Source: an uncultured Candidatus Saccharibacteria bacterium
GTDB lineage: Bacteria; Patescibacteriota; Minisyncoccia; Phycocordibacterales; PALSA-1337
Reading direction: 5' to 3'
DNA: 40,575 bases
Assembly: GCA_964470105.1 (NCBI GenBank)
Contig: CAYXZI010000006.1
Span: forward strand, 1 to 40,575
Shown here: positions 34,807 through 40,575 of the stretch, one piece after another
Position numbering within the stretch: the stretch's first letter is position 1
How the letters are laid out: each line of letters opens with the position of its first letter
Position numbers and translations under genes: made by a program
The notes under the pieces: model-generated
Databases searched by the model: none
Seen by the model: only the letters and a program-made list of their open reading frames with translations
What the model was told of the DNA's origin: nothing

Positions 34807-35648
34807 AATTTTGTTAAGTCTTTTTTTGAGGAGTAATAGTTCTCATACTCTACATTAGAATCATCTATAGGTCCAATAAATATACCTTTTCTACTATCAA
34901 ATTCATATATCTTGTAATCAAAAGACTTTAATATATCGAATATATCTTTTGCAGCAATACCCATACCTTTCATTGGTATTTTAGATACTTCAAAAGAAAT
35001 GATATCAATTTTTCCGCTACTTAATAGTTCCTTTGAGCCTAAAAGAATATCTTTTTCTGAGCCCTCGGCATCAATTTTTAGAAAATTAATACTTTGTATA
35101 TCTCTGTTACTAGCAAAAGTATCAAGTTTAAAAGTTTTTACAATTTCCTCACTGATTGGTTTGGATTCCGTTGTGTCTGGTTTACCAAAAGAATTCCAGG
35201 CTGAGAAGTCTTTAGGAAATATATTTATCTTTTCTGCTCCATCTTTATCTTTTGCGGCTGCATTCACAACCTCCACATTCTCAACTCTATTGAGTGCAAG
35301 GTTTTCTCTAAGTTCCCATGAGGTATCTAGTACTGGTTCAAAAGCATATATTTTACCCACATTACCAACTATTTTACTCATATATACACTATGGGTTCCA
35401 ACATTCGCCCCTATATCTATTACCACATCACCCCTTTTTAGTATTTTTGATATCGCTCTATACTCACCAACCAAGTATCTTCTAGAAATTAACTTTTCAA
35501 GAGGTTCATGTGCATATGGATACAGAACAAAACGCATATTATACTTATCCTTAAGTATTACAGGCTTGTTTTTGAATATTATCCCGCTAAATATGCTATT
35601 CCTTGCATATCTCTCTAGTACATTTCTCATTTTCCTTAACAGTTTCAT
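34803..35648 (-). CDS. FkbM-family SAM-dependent methyltransferase
   Basis: It has VVIDIGANVGTHSVYMSK, YAFEP and FLKIDAEGSEKDIL. The start was moved to ATG 35648 (MKLLRKM) because the longer ORF to 35969 runs antisense into the next gene and a TGTTACAAT element lies 6 nt upstream of 35648. Confidence 0.8.
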   Translation of the reverse strand: MKLLRKMRNVLERYARNSIFSGIIFKNKPVILKDKYNMRFVLYPYAHEPLEKLISRRYLVGEYRAISKILKRGDVVIDIGANVGTHSVYMSKIVGNVGKIYAFEPVLDTSWELRENLALNRVENVEVVNAAAKDKDGAEKINIFPKDFSAWNSFGKPDTTESKPISEEIVKTFKLDTFASNRDIQSINFLKIDAEGSEKDILLGSKELLSSGKIDIISFEVSKIPMKGMGIAAKDIFDILKSFDYKIYEFDSRKGIFIGPIDDSNVEYENYYSSKKDLTKL

Positions 35649-35654
35649 ATTAAT

Positions 35655-35663
35655 ATTGTAACA
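35655..35663 (-). promoter_or_regulatory. Extended -10 element TGTTACAAT (minus strand), 6 nt from the FkbM ATG
   Basis: The plus-strand attgtaaca at 35655..35663 lies inside the 22-bp divergent intergenic region. Confidence 0.4.
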
Positions 35664-35670
35664 TAGCTCT

Positions 35671-37938
35671 ATGACTAAGATTATACCGAAGCCTCTAGAT
35701 ACTCTAGATATACTCGTTACTATTTTTAACCAGGAAGAGATAATAGAGAAAGTTTTATTTGGTATATTTAGAAATACTACTACGCCATTCAACTTAATTC
35801 TAATTTTTGATGGTTGTTCTGATAGAACTAAACCAAGAGCTCTGGCATATATTGATAGGGTTAAGCCCAAACTTCTTAAGGAGCTAATTACGAAAGATAC
35901 ACCAAATCTTTTTGAACTAAGGGCGAATAATTTTGGATTTAAGTTGGCAAAGAGTAAGTATTTAATCACTCTCCAAGACGATATGGTTATTGGTGAGTAT
36001 GGATGGGAAAGAAGATTAACTTATCCAATCAGAGTATTTGATGATGTGCTAGGTGTTACTGCTCGTATCGCTGAGGATCTAAAGCCTATGGAGAATTGGA
36101 ATCAGCAGTACATTAATCGTGTCGGTAGGGAATTGGGTATCCTATCGCGTGATATATTTGCTATAAGGGATACGATAAACAGAGGTCCAATTGCTTTCAG
36201 GGTGGATTACTTGAAAGAACTTAACTATTTAAACGATAGATATGCACCAGGTGCACTAGATGATCTAGAATTGTCACTTAGAGCATGGAAATTAAAGAAA
36301 TGGAAGGTTGGAACTTTTTGGATAAAATACACATCAAAGCTGGAATGGAGTAAAGTAAATTCTTCAGATTCAACAATGAAAGCATGGGATTCAGCTAAAA
36401 GGAATGAGAGAAAAATAGTTGAAGACTTTAATGAATATATAGTATCCGGCATGAGACATGGTGAGGATCATATATTGGGTGAAAATAATATTGATTATGT
36501 AAAGGGAGGGGAAAATGTATGGAGTTCCTTGTATTGGTTTACAAAATATCCATTACGTCTTGATAAAAGAGTCATTTTTAATCGTTTAAAAGTAATTAGA
36601 AATAGATTAGTCGAAGCAATAAAATATCCGATAATGCGTTCTATACAATTAGTAATTAGTCCTGAATTAAGTGAATTGATCAAAGATGAGGGTTTTAAGA
36701 GGGGTATAAAAACATTTCTTGCACCTAAGTCAAAGCCTAGGTATATGACAATATGCATACCAACCCATGAGATGAAAGGTTACGATAAATTTCTTCGTCA
36801 TAGTCTTGATGTGCTCGCAGGCCAGACATTTAAAGATTTTGATATTGTCATATCTGACCATTCAAAAAAAGATAATATTAAAAATATCTGTAAGGAATAT
36901 TCTGACAGATTAGATATTCATTATTATAGAAATCCAAAAGGACCATATACATCTTCGGCAAATCTAAATAATGCGATAAGTAAGGCACGTGGAAAGATTG
37001 TAAAAGTTCTTTTCCTCGATGATTATTTGCATAGTAGTAAGTCACTACAAGAGATTGTAGATAATTTTGATCTAGAAAAAGATCATTGGTTGGTGACAGG
37101 AAGTGAACACACGCATGATGGTGTTAATTACTATATGCCATTCTATCCAAAATATCACGACGATATTCATTTAGGTATTAATACTATAAGTTCGCCATCT
37201 GTACTTACAATAAAAAATGACAAACCACTCCTTTTTGATAAAAGAATGATTTGGTTAATGGACGTAGACTATTATAAGCGTCTACATAATACATTTGGTC
37301 CTCCAAAGATATTAAATACTATTAATGTTGTTAACACTGTCGGTGATCATCAAGTATCCAATACAGCTGCAGGTAAACATATAAGGGGGCTGGAGTATCG
37401 CTGGGTATTGAAAAAACATAATGAAAAGAAACTATTAAAGGAATATGATTCTAGGGTTGTAACTAAAATTAATTTACCTAAAGTAACTCTTGTAGCTATA
37501 GGAAAAGAGAATAAGTATGCATTTGATGCGTCACAAGATGGGATAACCTATGGCAAGGTACTGTATAAGGATCATTTAAAATCAGAAGAACTATCTAAAT
37601 ATATAGATACTGATTTTGTTTTGAGTGTAAGCGCCAAAGGCTTCGTCTTGAGACCATATAAGTGGAAGGATGAATATATGAATTACGATATGATTGGTGA
37701 TAATAATTTTTCTTTGAAGAGCGCAAAGTGTATTAAGGGTAATAGGGATATTAAAATTGCTCCCGAAGAAATATCCAGACAGTTCTATACTACAAAGAAT
37801 TTCACTGATGACACTTTCGGTTTTTCTGGCGATTCAGTTGTATTACCAAAACTTTTCTTCCTTAAAAAATACTTAAAGAAAGTTAAGATTATATCTAAAA
37901 TAAGAAGATGGGTGAGTATCCTACGCAAGGGTCATTAA
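35671..37938 (+). CDS. Three-module glycosyltransferase: GT-A module (paralog of 39556..40479), a second GT2 module, and a C-terminal domain of unknown function
   Basis: Module 1 has LDILVTIFNQEE...LILIFDGCSDRT...ITLQDDM. Module 2 has YMTICIPTHEMKGYDKFLRHSLDVLAGQTFKDFDIVISDHSKKD...LFLDDY. The last ~190 aa have no motif I recognise. Confidence 0.7.
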   Translation: MTKIIPKPLDTLDILVTIFNQEEIIEKVLFGIFRNTTTPFNLILIFDGCSDRTKPRALAYIDRVKPKLLKELITKDTPNLFELRANNFGFKLAKSKYLITLQDDMVIGEYGWERRLTYPIRVFDDVLGVTARIAEDLKPMENWNQQYINRVGRELGILSRDIFAIRDTINRGPIAFRVDYLKELNYLNDRYAPGALDDLELSLRAWKLKKWKVGTFWIKYTSKLEWSKVNSSDSTMKAWDSAKRNERKIVEDFNEYIVSGMRHGEDHILGENNIDYVKGGENVWSSLYWFTKYPLRLDKRVIFNRLKVIRNRLVEAIKYPIMRSIQLVISPELSELIKDEGFKRGIKTFLAPKSKPRYMTICIPTHEMKGYDKFLRHSLDVLAGQTFKDFDIVISDHSKKDNIKNICKEYSDRLDIHYYRNPKGPYTSSANLNNAISKARGKIVKVLFLDDYLHSSKSLQEIVDNFDLEKDHWLVTGSEHTHDGVNYYMPFYPKYHDDIHLGINTISSPSVLTIKNDKPLLFDKRMIWLMDVDYYKRLHNTFGPPKILNTINVVNTVGDHQVSNTAAGKHIRGLEYRWVLKKHNEKKLLKEYDSRVVTKINLPKVTLVAIGKENKYAFDASQDGITYGKVLYKDHLKSEELSKYIDTDFVLSVSAKGFVLRPYKWKDEYMNYDMIGDNNFSLKSAKCIKGNRDIKIAPEEISRQFYTTKNFTDDTFGFSGDSVVLPKLFFLKKYLKKVKIISKIRRWVSILRKGH

Positions 37939-37940
37939 AA

Positions 37941-37972
37941 ACAGCCAGGGGAGTTGCCTCCCAACTGGCTGT
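37941..37972 (-). terminator. GC-rich stem-loop between convergent genes; the U-tract is only on the minus-strand transcript (radical SAM gene)
   Basis: The outer stem is ACAGCCAG/CTGGCTGT and the inner stem GGGAG/CTCCC, with loop TTGC and an AA bulge. The AAAA at 37937-37940 gives UUUU after the hairpin on the minus strand. Confidence 0.65.
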
Positions 37973-37980
37973 GTGCTGCC

Positions 37981-39498
37981 TTAAGCAGCGGCTGCTGGAG
38001 CCATTGAGCGGACTCGTCTGACCCGCTCTGGCTTGTTAACTAATTCCCACCCATTTGTGATCATGTCCTCCAGGGTGGATTTCGGAACAGTCGTACGTAT
38101 GGCAACCTTCGTCCAGTCCAGTTCATCAATCTTCACATCTGGAAGGAAAAGGTTTCCTCGTACAACCATGTCGTAATACGCTGTACCGGGGAATGGCGTA
38201 ATGATCATGAAGTTGGCATTACTCAATCCAACATTCATATGACGGCGAGCAAGTTCAAAAGTCTCGTGGACCTCATCCAGAGTTTCGTCCGGATAGCCGA
38301 AGGTGTAATTGCCACCCACCTCGATCCCAAGTCTTTTCGATTCTTCAATGATACCAACAATGTCATGTCTCTCAAGACTCAACTTTCCTGTAGCGTACTT
38401 ATTGATGATTCTTTGAGACCCTGACTCGACCGGGAGCATGAATTTTGTGAACCCTGCTTCCGCCATGAGTTCAAGGAGCTCCTTGTCTGCAACTAGACGA
38501 CCACCTTCAGGTTTGCACATGTGGGCAATGTTGATGCCATTGACACCACTCAGTCTAACCTTTAGGTCGATGATCCTCCGGAATATGTCCATCGCTCTCC
38601 TCTTTCTTCCGAGTAGGGAATCATCCTCAAGGAAGAAGTGTTCAACTCTCAATGCCGCGAGAATATCCATCTCTCGCATGACCCGATCAAGGCTTTTGAT
38701 ACGAAGTGATCGTATATTACCTGAATCAGAGCCATCTCCTTCAAGTCCTATGTGGCAGAAGGTGCATTCGAATGGACATCCACGAGATGTCATGAGAGGT
38801 GCATACGCCACTGGCCTTTCCGCTGAAAATCCACCGCCATGAGGTCTGGCAATTTTCCAGTACCTTTCAAGTGGTAGTAGATCCCAAGCTGGAATCGGAA
38901 GCCGATCCAAGTCTTGTTCGACATATCGAGCTGGTTGGATACAAACCTTACCGTCTCGCTTACGTGCAACTCCGTGGATAGATGAGAAATCCCAGCTACC
39001 TTTTCGGAGTGTGTTGCCAATCTCGACGATCATTTTCTCCGCTTCGCTGAGGCAGATCAAGTCCACACCAGCATTGAAGAAAAGTTCCTGTTGCGACCTC
39101 GCATTTACTCCACCCGTTAAGATGAGTTTTTCAGGATACGTTTCCCTGATTGCCCTCACCACTTCTGTAACCATGGTTGTTTGGGCTGTGAAGATTGAAC
39201 TAATGCCGATCACATCGTGATCATTGGCAATGCGGACAATCTCATCCACGCTTAGACCGACCCGTATCATTCCATTCGGAAGTTTTACATGCCGAAAGAA
39301 TGTGTTTTGTACCTCGTGCGAATCATCTCCCACCGAGCAATCCAAGACTTTGACATTGAAGCCATTGTCTCGAAGAGCACCAGCGAGATATATTAGCCCG
39401 AGTGATCCTTCTGGCTTGACCGCACCGAAGCGCGGATCCTGCCTTTGTGGGGAGTATAGAAGCAAAAAACTAATCTCCCGGGAGTTCGTGGGGTGCAT
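37981..39498 (-). CDS. B12-binding-domain radical SAM protein (class B-like) in a high-G+C islet
   Basis: It has the CxxxCxxC cluster MTSRGCPFECTFCH and an N-terminal Rossmann-like B12-binding-type domain (FLLLYSPQ...GLIYLAGALRDNGFNVKVLD). It is 505 aa. Confidence 0.85.
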   Translation of the reverse strand: MHPTNSREISFLLLYSPQRQDPRFGAVKPEGSLGLIYLAGALRDNGFNVKVLDCSVGDDSHEVQNTFFRHVKLPNGMIRVGLSVDEIVRIANDHDVIGISSIFTAQTTMVTEVVRAIRETYPEKLILTGGVNARSQQELFFNAGVDLICLSEAEKMIVEIGNTLRKGSWDFSSIHGVARKRDGKVCIQPARYVEQDLDRLPIPAWDLLPLERYWKIARPHGGGFSAERPVAYAPLMTSRGCPFECTFCHIGLEGDGSDSGNIRSLRIKSLDRVMREMDILAALRVEHFFLEDDSLLGRKRRAMDIFRRIIDLKVRLSGVNGINIAHMCKPEGGRLVADKELLELMAEAGFTKFMLPVESGSQRIINKYATGKLSLERHDIVGIIEESKRLGIEVGGNYTFGYPDETLDEVHETFELARRHMNVGLSNANFMIITPFPGTAYYDMVVRGNLFLPDVKIDELDWTKVAIRTTVPKSTLEDMITNGWELVNKPERVRRVRSMAPAAAA

Positions 39499-39528
39499 AA
39501 TTCAAATCCATATAGAACTATTACATAA

Positions 39529-39543
39529 GCAAAATAATTTTGC
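39529..39543. other. 15-bp perfect palindrome GCAAAATaATTTTGC in the 57-nt spacer between the GT2 paralog and the radical SAM gene
   Basis: This was read directly from the sequence: 7-bp arms with a 1-nt centre. Confidence 0.2.
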
Positions 39544-39555
39544 AAAATACTAAAT

Positions 39556-40479
39556 TCACCTAAATATTTTTTTAACAATATTTTTAATATCTTTAATATT
39601 CATCCTAATAGGGTATGAGATTATGCTATCGAACATTCTAGGTTGCTTTGATTGATCATAATCAATTTCACTTTCTTCAATAACTATGTTTTCACTATGC
39701 TTAATACCAGAATCAATATACTCTCTATGATCATTCTCAATATTCTTTATATTCTTTCTGATCGTACCACCTGTCTGCATAACAGAATCGTTAGATCTAG
39801 TTTTACCCCACTCGAGTCTGGAGATGTAATCTATCCAATATGCACCACATCTGAGTTTCTTCTCCCTCCATGCTCTCATACACAGATCAGCATCATCTAA
39901 ATCAGATGGTGCATATTTATCATTTAAATAATTTATTGATGATAGATGTCTAACATTAAAGGCAATAGGTCCACGATTGATAGTATCTCGAACAGCAAAG
40001 ATATTACGTGGTAGATTACCAAACTCTTTACCAGTCTTGTTTATAAAAATTTCTTGATCATTAAATTCATTTGTTTTTCTAAGATCTTGAGCTATACGTG
40101 AAGATACTGCAATAACATCATCAAATTTACGTAGAGGAAAAGTTAATCTCTTTTCCCATCCAAATTCATTTATAACCATATCATCTTGAAGCGTAATTAA
40201 ATATTCTTCCTTTGCTTTCTTAAAACCAATATTATTAGCTCTAGTTTCAAATACATTAGCTGCATGATCAATTATTAAATCTTTAAGTAGGGTAGGTTTA
40301 AAACGTTTTATGTATCTTAAAGCCCTAGCTTCCGTTCTATCAGTACATCCATCGAAGATTATAATTAAATTGAATGGGGTGGTGGTGTTTTTAAAAATAC
40401 CATATAACACTCTTTCAATTAGTTTCTCTTGATTGAAAATTGATAGTACTATATCCAACTTGTTGAGTGATTTGATCAT
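39556..40479 (-). CDS. GT-A/GT2-like glycosyltransferase, stand-alone paralog of module 1 of 35671..37938
   Basis: It has LDIVLSIFNQEK...LIIIFDGCTDRT...ITLQDDM...RDTINRGPIAF...YLNDKYAP. By hand count, about 70% of the first ~117 aligned residues are identical to the other copy. Confidence 0.65.
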   Translation of the reverse strand: MIKSLNKLDIVLSIFNQEKLIERVLYGIFKNTTTPFNLIIIFDGCTDRTEARALRYIKRFKPTLLKDLIIDHAANVFETRANNIGFKKAKEEYLITLQDDMVINEFGWEKRLTFPLRKFDDVIAVSSRIAQDLRKTNEFNDQEIFINKTGKEFGNLPRNIFAVRDTINRGPIAFNVRHLSSINYLNDKYAPSDLDDADLCMRAWREKKLRCGAYWIDYISRLEWGKTRSNDSVMQTGGTIRKNIKNIENDHREYIDSGIKHSENIVIEESEIDYDQSKQPRMFDSIISYPIRMNIKDIKNIVKKIFR

Positions 40480-40575
40480 AAGTTTTTAAAATCTAAATCA
40501 TCCAATTTGTATCTTGATTTGATTATGTACAAGATAATATATCCTAAGCTCTTTTAGAGCAAGTGAGGTTTAATT

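Noticed and set aside
35649-35969. The 5' extension of the FkbM methyltransferase ORF (listed as 34803..35969, 388 aa).
   Set aside because: The extra 107 residues are low-complexity and lie antisense to the well-supported GT gene starting at 35671. An internal ATG at 35648 is preceded by a TGTTACAAT element and gives a normal-length FkbM protein.
1-40575. A search for tRNA, rRNA, CRISPR arrays, toxin-antitoxin pairs or recognisable defence genes.
   Set aside because: Intergenic spaces are at most ~110 nt and contain no cloverleaf-compatible or repeat-spacer structure. Every sizeable ORF is accounted for by pilus, glycan or envelope functions. A defence system cannot be supported from this sequence.

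Overview
This window has low G+C (roughly 30-35% by eye), is tightly packed, and lacks Shine-Dalgarno (SD) sequences. TGA is used as a normal stop codon. The overall look is that of a reduced, monoderm-type (Patescibacteria/CPR-like) bacterium, but that is inference only. All functional calls come from motif recognition in the supplied ORF translations; no database search was run.

Left third (1-12.5 kb): a secretin-less type IV pilus (T4P) / competence-pilus locus. A comFC-like gene sits divergent from pilM-pilN-pilO-(small TM protein)-pilB-(CheY-like receiver)-pilT-pilC. Two major-pilin paralogs follow as a ~540-bp direct repeat, bracketing an opposite-strand GT-A-domain gene. Next comes a soluble TraD/VirD4-family P-loop NTPase with a Pro-rich tail.

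Right two thirds (12.5-40.5 kb): a ~28-kb glycan-biosynthesis island.
- At least 17 glycosyltransferase genes: GT4/GT-B, GT2/GT-A, GT11 fucosyltransferase, exostosin-like, and one GT-C membrane transferase.
- A GtrA-GT-B fusion.
- Four SAM methyltransferases, including one FkbM type.
- Two flavoenzymes and one SDR epimerase/dehydratase.
- No Wzx, Wzy, ABC exporter or priming phosphoglycosyltransferase is visible.

Two short islets have clearly higher G+C and GC-rich terminators: a DUF218-like gene at 20.03-20.71 kb and a B12-binding radical SAM gene at 37.94-39.50 kb. The radical SAM gene sits between convergent paralogous GT2 modules.

Extended -10 elements lie 6-11 nt from many operon-first start codons, which suggests leaderless or near-leaderless mRNAs.

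No rRNA, tRNA, CRISPR array, transposase or integrase was seen.
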